Below, in pieces: positions 40,335 to 53,470 of a stretch of 64,000 nt of DNA. The notes under the pieces are model-generated. The model made no database searches, was not told the origin of the DNA, and saw only the letters and a list, made by a program, of their open reading frames with translations. Source of the stretch: Octopus sinensis (Eukaryota); contig NC_043001.1 of NCBI RefSeq assembly GCF_006345805.1, positions 27,900,001 through 27,964,000 of the forward strand, in the 5' to 3' direction. Positions within the stretch are counted from its first letter, which is position 1; each line of letters opens with the position of its first letter. The translations under genes and the position numbers were made by a program.

Positions 40335-41002
40335 ATACACACATATATATATATATATGCTCATATCTTCATACACACGTTTCTGTGTGTTTGGTTAGAT
40401 ATGAAAGTATGTACATGTATCGCCGTTTTTGCTACGTTTAATCGCCGTCTCTTGTCAGTTCTTTTAAAGTTATATTCTCATGTTTGACTCTACTTGCTTA
40501 CCCTTCAGCGAATGCAGCCTCACTTAAACGTATCGTTGTACAACGGGGAAAACTACTACATTAATCGGATAGCGATAGAATCAGCATGTGTATAAGGAGA
40601 TATCATGTTAAATCAGGCTTTTACCAATGTCTGTTTATTAGATATGTTATGATACAGATGGAAGAAAGAATCAATAGAGTGAAAAGAAAAGTCTGAATTG
40701 ATTGGTATATAACGATGTTAAATAAAGCCGAGGTGAATCTTCTATGCAAAGTATACATCGAGCTGCCGTCAAGTGCGAGAAATAGTAGTCAAATCTACCG
40801 TCAAATCAAAATCCAACTTCTTAAAGAAAAGACAAGACATGGGGGGTAGCGTAGTCCTAAATTTATGAAAAGACAATATGGCACGGATGGAATACCTTTG
40901 ATCGTATGACTACTCACTCAGGACAGTCCTGGGGTCAACAGCCACAAATTATAACGACGACGACGGTGATCCCGACTCAGTGTTACGAATGATGTTTCAT
41001 AT

Positions 41003-42185
41003 TCCTTTATTGCCCACAAAGGGCTAAACATAGAGGGGACAAACAAGGACAGACAAAGGGGCTAAGTCGGTTACATCGACCCCAGTGCGTAACTGGTACT
41101 TTATTTATCGACCCCGAAAGGATGAAAGGCAAAGTCGATCTCGGCGGAATTTGAACTCAGAACGTAACGGCAAACGAAATACCTATTTCTTTACCACCCA
41201 CAAGGGGCTAAACACAGAGAGGACAAACAAGGACAGACAAACAGATTAAGTCGATTATATCAACCCCAGTGCGTAACTGGTACTTAATTTATCGAACCCG
41301 AAATGATGAAAGGCAACGTCGACCTCGGTGGAATTTGAACCCAGAGCGTAACGGCAGGCGAAATACCCATTCTTTACTACCCACAAGGGGCTAAACTCAA
41401 AGATAACAAACAAGGACAGACAAACGGATTAAGTCGATTATATCGACCTCAGTGCGTAACTGGTACTTCTTTAATCGAACCCGAAAGGGTGAAAGGCAAA
41501 GTCGACCTCGGCGGAATTTGAACTCACAACGTAACGGCAGACGAAATATCTTCTATTCTTTACTACCACAAGGGGCTAAACATAGAGGGGACAAACAGGA
41601 CAGACAAAGGGGCTAAGTCGGTTACATCGACCCCAGTGCGTAACTGGTACTTTATTTATCGACCCCGAAAGGATGAAAGGCAAAGTCGATCTCGGCGGAA
41701 TTTGAACTCAGAACGTAACGGCAAACGAAATACCTATTTCTTTACCACCCACAAGGGGCTAAACACAGAGAGGACAAACAAGGACAGACAAACAGATTAA
41801 GTCGATTATATCAACCCCAGTGCGTAACTGGTACTTAATTTATCGAACCCGAAATGATGAAAGGCAACGTCGACCTCGGTGGAATTTGAACCCAGAGCGT
41901 AACGGCAGGCGAAATACCCATTTCTTTACTACCCACAAGGGGCTAAACTCAAAGATAACAAACAAGGACAGACAAACGGATTAAGTCGATTATATCGACC
42001 TCAGTGCGTAACTGGTACTTCTTTAATCGAACCCGAAAGGGTGAAAGGCAAAGTCGACCTCGGCGGAATTTGAACTCACAACGTAACGGCAGACGAAATA
42101 CCTATTTCTATTTCTTTACTACCCACAAGGGGCTAAACACACAGAGGACAAACAGGGACAGACAAACGGATGAAGTCGATTATAT
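41003..42185 (-). repeat. Tandem array of 6 full plus 1 partial headless SINE-A units (~184 bp) with a ~551-bp trimeric higher-order repeat
   Basis: GGGCTAAA recurs at 41021, 41205, ~41388, 41573, 41756, ~41940 and ~42131; diagnostic variants make unit 1=4, 2=5, 3=6. Confidence 0.95.
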
Positions 42186-43766
42186 GTGTGTTCTCCAATA
42201 TTCTACCAACCGATATTGGAGAACCGCTATGTAACCGAGACATAAACAAACCAACACCGGTTGTCAAGCAGTGATATGGAGAAAACACAAGCACACAAAC
42301 ACACTCATACATACGTACCATACATACATACATACATACATACATACATACATACGTACATACATACATACAGACACACATATGTACGTACGTACATACA
42401 TACATACATACATACATACATACATACACATATATATACGTACGTACGTACGTACATACATACATACATACATACATACATACATACATACATACATACA
42501 TACATACATACATACATGCAAAGAAAAATACCCTGTTGTTGATGTTGAAATTCCAATGGAGAGCCTTGGATCTAGATTAGAAACCAGCTCCTCTCTATTG
42601 GCAAGAGATCTTGAAAGAAACTGAATAATGACACACATACATACATACATACATACATACATACATACATACAGTATAGGCTTCTACATTCTCTCTAAAA
42701 AAAATTCACTCACAAGGCATTGGTCGGAGTAGTAGCAGTAGTACCAGTAGTAGCAGAGACTCGCCCGCGATGCGGCAGAGTGAAACTGAACCCGAAAGCA
42801 CACGGTTTTGAAGCGATATTCTTAAGCACTGATATGCTTGCGCATATAAGGATAAAATTAGATGAAAATACATGCGCATATCTATGAATGCATGTATGAG
42901 TTTGCCCTTGTGTACGTTAATGTATGTATGCATGCATGTATGTATGTATGTATGTATGTATGTATGTATGTATGTATGATTATGTATATGTGTGTGTGTG
43001 TGTCTGTGTACGTTCCAGTACGAGTGGTCAATGCGTGTACGAGTGTGTGCGTGCGCTTGTACGAGAAGGAAAAATGGTGAAGAGGAAGAATCAAGAAATT
43101 CGGTAAAAATAAACGTAACACAAAGACAAAGAAAGAAACAAATAAACAGACAAAACAAAAAAACAAAAAACAAAAAAATGAACAAAATTTCCCTAAACTA
43201 AGACTCACTGAAGATAATAAGTAGTGGATGCAGATCTCTTTGAATGTATTGGTCGTCTGCAAACTAATTCTATCTTCTGTTCGACGATATACAGCGAGCG
43301 GGCAATCAAAGATTGAAAAGAAAGAGTGAGATAAGACTAAAAATAAGAAAAGAAAGACATTTAAAGAAAATAAATCCAACACGATGTTGCGTTGCAGTAG
43401 TTCTCTGGACAGCTTGTTAGATTTGTTCGCTGGTTTACTGTAGCAGTGTATTACTTGGCCACCGGAAAACGATGTTTATCTATACAATTTGTAACTCTCT
43501 TCTACAGAGAAATCTCTGTTTAGCACGTCGAATTAATGGCTCCTTTGCAATTAGTTTGCCCCAAGCAGTATTTTTTCTCCTTTCTCGCTTTTCCACTCTA
43601 TTATTGTTTTCAATTGTTGTTGAAAGGTGCCACCAACACCCAATTGGGTTCCTTCTTCACGCTTCTAAACAGATTCATCCGCAGCAAAAATAAATAATAA
43701 GTAAATATATATATATATATATTATATAATATATATATATTATAATATATATATATATATTATATA

Positions 43767-43805
<39 letters not shown>

Positions 43806-44274
43806 ATGTATATATATGAAAATGCACAGAAACTTTTGCTGTATTGTTATTGGTATCTTTGTTGCAATTTCAGTTCTGAATCGTTCTTACATACATTGAT
43901 ACATATGCATGTATGTATGTAAGGATGCCTGCGTGTATGTATGTATGTATGTATGTATGTATGTATGTATGTATGTATGTATGTATGTATGTATGAATGT
44001 ATGTATGTATATATGTATGTATGTATACGCTTTCAAGCGCATTATGTGCATGTGTTTCTGATCAGTTACATACAAACACACACATATGTATACATACATG
44101 CACACATACACACATATCTATATGTGTGTGTATGTGAGTGTGTACATGTAAGCACTCGCACATTTATACATGCGTGCATGTAGATGTACATATATCCATA
44201 CACGTATATAAGCACATACATCCGTGTGCGCGTATATGTAGCTTATGTATACGTATATATATATATATTTATAT

Positions 44275-44425
44275 ATGGCTCAGCGCTACGTAGCTTGCAT
44301 ACCAACCACATGGTTCCGGGTTCATTCCCACTTCGTGGCACCTTGGGCAAGTGTCTTCTACTATAGCCTCGGGCCGAGCAAAGCCCTGTGAGTGAATCCA
44401 AGGCTCCTTCATTGAAATATACATA

Positions 44426-44461
<36 letters not shown>

Positions 44462-44619
44462 GACGGGCTTCTTTCAGTTTCTGTCTACCAAATCCACTCA
44501 CACGGCTTTGGTCGACCCCAGGCTATAGCTGAAGACACTTGCCCAAGGTGTCACGCAGTGGGAGTGAACCCGGAACCATGTGATTGGTAAGCAACCTACT
44601 TTCCACACAGCCACTCCTG

Positions 44620-44620
<1 letters not shown>
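44275..44620. mobile_element. Two SINE family B copies in opposite orientation (44275-44395 +, 44460-44620 -)
   Basis: GGCACCTTGGGCAAGTGTCTTC on + and GAAGACACTTGCCCAAGGTGTCAC on + (minus-strand copy). Confidence 0.85.
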
Positions 44621-44672
<52 letters not shown>

Positions 44673-44877
44673 GCATACATACACAGGAGTTGCGCAGGAG
44701 TGGTTGTGTAGTAAGTAGCTTGCTTATCAACCATATGGCTCCTTGGTCGATTTGCTGAGACAATAGAATCAAAGAATAAAATGTTAAAAACGGAGAAAAA
44801 AACAACAATAAATTGCAACACGAGGACGTAGCACATACAAAGAAGTAATAAGACGCTCGGAGAAAGAAAAGAGTTGT

Positions 44878-44914
44878 TGCTTTACGTTTCGAGCGTAGCT
44901 CTTCTTCGGAAACA
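44878..44914 (-). ncRNA. Minimal type I hammerhead ribozyme motif (U4C core variant)
   Basis: Minus: UGUUU-CCGAAGA-A-GAGC-UAC-GCUC-GAAA-CG-UA-AAGCA; 5-bp helix I, palindromic ACGU helix III, GUA site. Confidence 0.65.
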
Positions 44915-44928
44915 TACACACACGCACT

Positions 44929-44967
<39 letters not shown>

Positions 44968-44980
44968 ATATAAAAAAAAA

Positions 44981-45034
<54 letters not shown>

Positions 45035-45194
45035 ACGTGTACGTATGTCTGTGTGTGTGTCTGTCTTCTACTGTTTATATTTGTATTGCCTTTTACTGTC
45101 TTGTTTTGTTTTTTCTCTCCTGTTCTTGTCACCATTTTACCCCTCCGAAAAAAATCTCAAATTTTATTTAATTTGCTTTGCGGGAAGGATTGTT

Positions 45195-45390
45195 TCAACG
45201 AAGTCCTGTCTTGCCCTTACCTTCGAAACACGGAATAGTCGAAGCAGGGGCAGCTGAAGAAAGGGAATGTTCCTTGTGTCGTATGTCTTGTACCCTGTTG
45301 TTACGTTGTTTGAAAAAGTCTGTTTCCATGTTTTTGTTTTTATGTTTCCGTTTCTCGTTGTGTTCTATGATTTGTGGTGTCCTGTACCCA
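45195..45390 (+). mobile_element. Probable PLE-type terminal repeat fragment
   Basis: CTTCGAAACACGG motif followed by a T-rich tail; class is inferred. Confidence 0.35.
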
Positions 45391-45538
45391 TATATGCATG
45401 TATATATACATGTAGATGTAGGTATGTCCATATATGTATGTATGTATGCATATGTTTTATTTATTAATTTGTTATTATATGATAGAAAGCCACGCATCCA
45501 CTTCCAAGTAAGTTTTATCTATATATTTATGTACGCAC

Positions 45539-45586
<48 letters not shown>

Positions 45587-46039
45587 CACACACACACACA
45601 CACACATGCACAGAAACACACATAGAAACCGATAAGCTCCTCAGTTGACATTATAAAGTTTCGTTTACATTTTGAAGCACACATTTACACCAGATTCCTT
45701 GATTAATCGTTTGTCTAAACAATCAATTTGTGCAGACCTGAAGTAGACCTGGAACAAAATGAGAGCGAGAGAGCTGTTATTGATGAGATCACGAATGGCT
45801 GCGAAAGGACTTCGACAAACCTAGCTGTCTCATTGATTGACCGAACGATTAATCAAATAATCGATTAGTTAATTGGTTACATAGTTAATTAATTGACAAA
45901 AAAAAGAAAGAAAGAAACACAACCTGTGTTTACTATTAGCATATTGACTCTCTTCAGATAAAACACAATTTGTTTCAACTCACGAATTCACACCATGGAT
46001 TTTGCAAACCAGATGCAAAACAACATGAGTTTATTTTTG

Positions 46040-46370
46040 GAGCTAGAGGGTAATTTACAAGTATCCTGTACCGAGGGTCCATATAAGATTTCTGGAGATC
46101 CACGCAAACAATATACTAAATACAGTAGTATTTAAAAGGTCCATGAAAAAATTTTGCTTTCGAGGTATTTATTGCAAGAATCAGTTAGGTTTCTTTCTCC
46201 AACGTTTTACATAGTTCAGCCTATACAAGTTAATGTTTAGATAACAAAATAGGAAATTTAAAACAATTATATATAAAATTTGTTTTAAAACATGGAATAG
46301 CTATTGGGGTCCACCAAAGTAAAATAGTCATCAAGAGGGTCCATTGGTCAAAACTGGTTGAGAACCATTG
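46040..46370. mobile_element. hAT/Charlie-like MITE, copy 1 (left end degenerate)
   Basis: Ends GGTTGAGAACCATTG at 46370; internal GGGGTCCA/GGTCCAT motifs shared with copy 2. Confidence 0.7.
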
Positions 46371-46378
46371 CTCTAGGC

Positions 46379-46727
46379 CAGTGGTTCTCAACCGGAGTCC
46401 ATTTAGCCTCCGAGGGCCCATATTTGATTTTTGGAGGTCCATGCAACGAAGTAGTAATCGGAGATCCACAACAGTATTTTAAGGCCCTCGAAAAAGAATT
46501 GCTTTAGATTTATGTATTGGTATGTAATGCAAAAAACAGCTCGGTTTCTTTCTCTAGCATCTTACATAGTACAACCTACACAAGTTAATGTCTACACAAG
46601 TTAATTCGATATCGATGTCTAAAAACTAGTTTTTAGACATCGATATCGAATGGTTATAAAGGAGGGTCCACCTGAACAAAACAATAATCAAAGGGGTCCA
46701 TAAATAAGAAATGGTTGAGCAACGCTG
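46379..46727. mobile_element. hAT/Charlie-like MITE, copy 2, with 8-bp TSD
   Basis: TIRs CAGTGGTTCTCAACC / GGTTGAGCAACGCTG; flanks CTCTAGGC (46371-78) and CTCTAGAC (46728-35) fit the Charlie NTCTAGAN target. Confidence 0.85.
46604..46651. repeat. Perfect 48-bp loopless palindrome
   Basis: ATTCGATATCGATGTCTAAAAACT|AGTTTTTAGACATCGATATCGAAT. Confidence 0.95.
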
Positions 46728-47641
46728 CTCTAGACGGTTTTATTGTGTGATTTACTGATTAGTAATGTGGAAGACATCGAAGCAAACATTCTACTCGATT
46801 CGAACTTGGGGCTATTTATTTCACTTATCACACTAACGACCTTTAGACATATGAATATAATAACATCCAGTTCATCTCCATAAACGTATACAAATTCTTC
46901 CAACTATTGAAGAAACGGAACCCTTATCCTAGCCAAGGTGGATTATCCTTCGAAATGAGAATAAATATCTGTCATATAATGGTGTCGATCCAATGTTTTA
47001 TGCTTCAGCATTGCATGTTGAGTATTTCGTTAGATATCTTTTATAAAGTGTCAATGTAAGAGGCAAAATGCCCCTATATAAGGTTTAATGATATTCTTAT
47101 GTTTGTATGTGTGTATATACGGTGTGTATGTGTGTGCATGTGTGTGTGTGCATATGTATGTTTGTCTGAGTGTGTGTAGCGAAAATTATACTATTGAATA
47201 TTTAAAGGATACTTTACGACATCTGCATTTGTTTTGTATATAAGTATGTATGTAGGAATTTATGTATGTATATAGTAGTTCTATTTCTATTCCTGAGCGC
47301 CATACTAATACATTTGTTTGTTTGTACTCCACCTGCCTTCATCTTTTGTTTATTTTCATAAACCTGCCTTCGTCTTTTGTTTATTTTCGTAAACCTTCCC
47401 GTTATATAGTATGTATGTACGTACATACGTAAGTATATATGTATATATGCATAGATCCCCCCACACACTCACATATATCTATACATACATGCACAGATTA
47501 TATATATATATACATACACAGACAGGTATATATGATTATATGATATGAATATATGTGTGTATGTATGCCTATTTGCGTGAGTGAATGTATGTAAGTGAGG
47601 TTGGAATATATATGTGTGTATATATATAGAGAGAGAGAGAC

Positions 47642-47702
<61 letters not shown>

Positions 47703-48289
47703 CAGAAATGTTTAAATAGTGAGTATGTGTTGTGAGACAGCCTGGCAGTCAATCACAGCACAAAGGCGCTAACTGTTATTATACAACCATGTTTCACAGT
47801 TCTCTGGACATACAGACACGTGACTTCGTTTGCTTACTAAGAAAACAGGGTGATTTGTGTTGCTATTCTGGTGACTTCAGCTTCGTTAACTCCTTCTTCA
47901 ATTCAAAACCAACAGAACTGGACACGGAGCTTCGAACATGGAAGCAGCTCTAATTGTGTTGTCATTACAAGATAGAGGGACTCATTAGCGCTTTATGCTC
48001 GTCAGACTCGGTTCGGGCGAATCTTCTTCCTAAAGACAAGCGTAAACGCACATTTACATAGGCCCCATCTCACACACACACATATGCACAAATACACACA
48101 TGTACTGGCATATAATATATTATACACAAGCTTACATGTGTATGGTATATAAATATATACATATAGACGTATATATAACAATGTATATATATATATATAT
48201 ATAATATAATATATATACATGCATATAAATGCCTGAATGTATGCATTACACACACGCGCATCTGTCTGTCTGTCTACCTATCTATCTAC

Positions 48290-48468
48290 CTTTCCTTCCT
48301 CCTCCCCCCCCCTTTAAAAAATTTTATTCCCCCCTTTTTTGTCCTCTTTTTCCCATTTACGATCCCTTTTGATCGAAAACCAAACCCCCTTTTTTTACCC
48401 CCAAAAGAAAAGCTCTACCTTGTAATTTGTCCTGTCTGTGTGCAGCCCTGTGTGGCTAATAAAGAAAA
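48290..48468 (+). mobile_element. Family F copy 3, followed by a long (TATC)n
   Basis: Near-identical to 1160-1304 over TTTACGATCCCTTTTGATCGAAAA...GGCTAATAAAGAAA. Confidence 0.8.
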
Positions 48469-48470
48469 TA

Positions 48471-48545
<75 letters not shown>

Positions 48546-48564
48546 GTATCTATCTATCTATCTC

Positions 48565-48604
<40 letters not shown>

Positions 48605-48631
48605 CACACACACACACAATAATATATATAT

Positions 48632-48675
<44 letters not shown>

Positions 48676-48725
48676 TATTTATATATACATATACATACAT
48701 ACAACACACACACACACACACATAT

Positions 48726-48757
<32 letters not shown>

Positions 48758-48849
48758 CACATACATATATACTGGAGTGAAGACAAAAATGTGCACTAGT
48801 CTGTAGTTCTTAAAGTATTTTAATATTTTTCGTAATTTTTTTTTAAGAT

Positions 48850-49015
48850 AACGAGCTGGCTGAACTGTTAGCACGCCGAACAAAGCGCTTAGTGGAACTT
48901 CGTCCGTATTCACACTCTGAGCTCAAATTCAACCGTTATCCACTTTACGTTTCGATAAAATAAGTACCTGTCGAGCACTGGGGTCGATGTAATCGACTTA
49001 CCCACTTCCCCGTTC
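48850..49015 (+). mobile_element. SINE family A, degenerate
   Basis: CGAGCTGGCTGAACTGTTAGCACGCCG...GTACCTGTCGAGCACTGGGGTCGATGTAATCGACT. Confidence 0.8.
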
Positions 49016-49487
49016 AGAAATCCATAATCAACAGTTCTATGTCTTCATAGTCCAGGTCTCATCTTCTGGTCGGAAAGATGTTGGGATGGGTTGCAGTTTC
49101 TCTACAGTAGTCAGAGCCAGTGTAATACATATAGAAATTTTCGTCGGAGAACATTTTGTGGCATTATCTCTGCTTGTATTTTTATCATCTGCTGTGCTTT
49201 TAATATGGCTACCACCATAAAATGTCAATTGTTTATGAGTAAAATCTGTATTAATAGATGTGTTAGTTTCTATATTTTGCTCACTAGCTTCACGGTTTTG
49301 TGTTGTGTGATGTAGTGCATTGCAGTAGTTTCTTGGTGAAAGTGAAAGAACGAACGGGAAGGTGTGTTTGCCTCTCACACACACATGTATATGTTTGCAC
49401 ACATATAATACACACACACATATGCATGCATGTGTGTATATGTATGTATATATATATGTATATATATATAATGTATTATATATATAT

Positions 49488-49540
<53 letters not shown>

Positions 49541-49662
49541 TATATACATATACATACACACATGCAAGTATATGTGTGTGTATTATATGTGTGCAAAGAT
49601 ATACATGTGTGTGTGTCGAGGCACACACACCTTCTCGTTGTGTGTACATGCATGTATATATG

Positions 49663-49697
<35 letters not shown>

Positions 49698-50301
49698 ATC
49701 TATTTTTTATACATATGCATATACATACATATATTCATAAGCACACGCACGCACAAACACATACATAAATACACACAACACACACACATACACACAAACA
49801 TTTACATGCACGTGTAATCCCAAACAAATCTCTTGACGAGGCAAGTAGCGAGATAGTAAATGCCTAATCTAATTGAATTCACTGATTAATGGATGTTACG
49901 AGTAAAATTGACTTTTATTGTGTATTCAAATAATGGACGCTTGTATGTCTTGTTTGCAGCAAGTGTTTAGAACATTTTTTTTACGAAGCGTAGTGTAAAC
50001 AATTTTGTGTTTCCTAATTGTTTACTAGCTAGTTAGGAAGTATGTTGTTACATAGCAGCTCCTACCGAATTTAAATCTTTATGACAGCTCTTGATAGCGC
50101 CAGTTTGTAAAATGTTATGTAAACTTTCGTTGAGTCTATTTATACACACTTAATCCCGTGAACATGGTTGGGTCGAGTGCTCATAGGTTTTCTATCTATA
50201 CATTTGTACCAATCTTTCTGAGCCACATTGGTAGTTGAGTGTCGATACTTCCAAGCTAGCAAGTCACTATAAGTATAATAATGATAATAATAATCCTACT
50301 G

Positions 50302-50351
<50 letters not shown>

Positions 50352-50432
50352 CATTATTATTATTAATTATTATTATTATTGTTATTGTTATTGTTGTTGT
50401 TGTTGTTATTATTATTGTTGTTGTTGTTGTTG

Positions 50433-50475
<43 letters not shown>

Positions 50476-50476
<1 letters not shown>

Positions 50477-51013
50477 GAGTGAGAGAGCAGTGCATGCCAT
50501 CAAAGTGACACTGGGGTAAAATATACGAAGCCCAGTATACTCATCATGACTACCCGTCTGATAAGGGTACACTAGGCACATGCATCACAACCATATGTGT
50601 GCGACATGGTGATCTCATATCAAGATAAACAGCGCATGACCTTGCAGGTGCGGGCCCAGTTTGAATTTTCTTCTGGTCGAATAACCCATCCCGCTCAAAA
50701 CGTCCCTGAATAAGGGTTGTTTAGGATGTTTCCAGAGGTGAATTATTCAAACCCCAAAGAATCCCTCTCAACACATGGCTATGACGTTCCCCTACTACTT
50801 TTGCTCATGATCAGAGATGCACATATCGTCAGCCATTAAGGGACATGATCAACTAGTTTAAGGTCAAACAACTGACAAGCAAATCTGTGGTATTGAGGAG
50901 AATATTTGCTGTAGCCCATCTTTTATACCAAGACAAAACAATGTACATGATAACACTTCCAATCAGTTAAGATCAGAAGCCATGAGAGCCACTGCCTGGT
51001 ACTGCATCAGGGC

Positions 51014-51018
<5 letters not shown>
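50476..51018. mobile_element. ~540-bp unclassified element nested in an (ATT)n microsatellite
   Basis: Higher-GC complex block flanked directly by long (ATT)n on both sides (50280-50475, 51019-51280). Confidence 0.5.
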
Positions 51019-51052
<34 letters not shown>

Positions 51053-51114
51053 GATGATGATTATTATTATTATTAATTATTATTATTATTATTATTATTA
51101 TAATTATGATGATG

Positions 51115-51194
<80 letters not shown>

Positions 51195-51213
51195 GATGAT
51201 GATGATGATGATG

Positions 51214-51279
<66 letters not shown>

Positions 51280-51679
51280 TTGCAAAGTTATTGACGACCC
51301 TTCTCTCATCTTTCTGAAGCACAGAATATGTACGGAAAGTGAAAAATTTAAGAAATTCATTCAGTTAGACGACAACAAAGAGCAAACGAATGGATTTATG
51401 ATTGCATCAGAGTGTGTAGGAGTTGTTCTCATCGTTGCTGATGAGGGCAATGATGCATATTTGTGTTGTTTAATGATATACGGTTGCTAAAAATGTTCGT
51501 GGTTTCATCAACTCCTACAACCTTCCGCTTTGTTGTAAAAAGAAAAGGGGGAGAGTAAAAAAAAAAAAAGAAAGAAAATTACCTGTGCTCTAAGTACACG
51601 TGAATTGAGCACTTTAGTGAAGATCTACAGTTGCAGGAGAACACGAAGAGAAAATGTGTGAACGGGAACATAATGGATT

Positions 51680-51698
51680 GTAGCACGCTGACGATGAC

Positions 51699-51742
<44 letters not shown>

Positions 51743-51771
51743 CGACGATGATTTTGATGATGATAATGATG

Positions 51772-51803
<32 letters not shown>

Positions 51804-51995
51804 AATGGCAGTGATGATGATGATGACAATAATGATTGTGGTGATGACGGTGACGACAATGCTGATAGAGGTAGTGGTGAGGACAATGATGATGATGCTG
51901 TTGTTAATGAGGGTGAAGATAATGACTACAACGATGATGGAGGCTGCAGCAGTAATAATAATAATGATAATAATAATAACAACAACAACAACAAC

Positions 51996-52066
<71 letters not shown>

Positions 52067-52077
52067 CATCATCATCA

Positions 52078-52133
<56 letters not shown>

Positions 52134-52135
52134 GC
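51680..52135. repeat. (GAT)n/(AAT)n/(TAT)n compound tract
   Basis: Direct repeats. Confidence 0.9.
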
Positions 52136-52532
52136 GTTGCCTTTGCGATATAATATTGGATATAGATGATTGATTCAGTACCCCAATATATAACTGGTAC
52201 AGAAGAAACTGTCTTTTTTTTTATACAGCAATACTTTTAAAAAGTACTTTTATTTAGATATACTTTTATAGAGATATTGGTGAGTTAGTTCGGCTGGTGC
52301 AAAGCCGGTGACAACAACAGCAACAATAACACCGAGAACAACGACAATAAAATCAACTACGATAACAGCACCACCATCACCACCACCTCTGACAAAAACA
52401 ACAGCAACAAAAGTAGTCCAGGAAACATATCAGGAAAAATATGAGGAGCTGGTAATAGAAACCTCATCGAGGTTACTCATCATGAAAATTACAGACAAGT
52501 TGTTTGAAGTAGAATGAAAGAGAGAAAGACAA

Positions 52533-52602
<70 letters not shown>

Positions 52603-53111
52603 GAGCAATAGAGCAAAAGATTAGAGAAAATCGAAGAGCGAAAAGAATGCATTGGAGAATAGATAAGAATGCGTACATACACATGTAAGCATGTACTATA
52701 TGTATGTATATATGTATATATATATATTATATATATATATATCTAATTTATATATATATAATATATTATATTAAATTAGAGATAAAACCACTATTAGGTA
52801 ATCAAACAATGAAAAACTTAAGCCAATACATAAAATTAATTAATTTATATTATTTTAAATATATATCAAAAGTATTAAAAGTTTAATAAAAGATAATGAG
52901 TAAAACACTACGATCGTTTCATGGCTGTCCAATTCGTAATAATTCGAGTTATGGTTACAGTCAATCTTCAGGTAATTGAAATATTTATCTTAGCGAGGTT
53001 TAGCAATCGTAGTAAGCACATGAATGTGAAACAAAGTGGAAAAAAAGAGTACTCAAATACCAGAGGTAGAGTAATATGCTTTATTTAAAAGCAGCAGAAA
53101 TATAGCAAAAG

Positions 53112-53146
53112 CTGTTACTCAGAGTTTCACGTTCTCGTTCGTCGGG
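53112..53146 (-). ncRNA. Type I hammerhead motif (U4C variant; helix I lost in this copy)
   Basis: Minus: CCGACGA-ACG-AGAA-CGU-GAAA-CUCUGAG-UA-ACAG. Confidence 0.55.
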
Positions 53147-53470
53147 AATGAAATAGTGCTGTACATCATTATCACCGTGCAGAACATTAAAGAACATAAT
53201 ATGAATATTTTTCCTTATAATTCCTTAATCTCAAATTATAACTTCTTATCTCGCTAAATATTATAAAGAAATGGTTATCTTCTTTGAAATTACTACATCC
53301 ACTAGGGGAAGACTCGAGTGTTAATAATGGTGCTAATGTAAATACGAAATGTGAAGAAGATATTCAACCAATTTGGTGACGAATATACCAGGAATCCACG
53401 GTTTAACACCAAATCCTGGTTCTTGGATGAAATTAGTAGATACATTTTTGTTGCATGCTTTGGAGTTTAT

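Noticed and set aside
41003-42185. CRISPR-like array
   Set aside because: Whole ~184-bp units are homologous with no unique spacers; eukaryotic SINE origin and no cas genes.
45205-45240. CAACGAAG...CTTCGAAACACGG as another hammerhead
   Set aside because: Core and helices are too degenerate to count.
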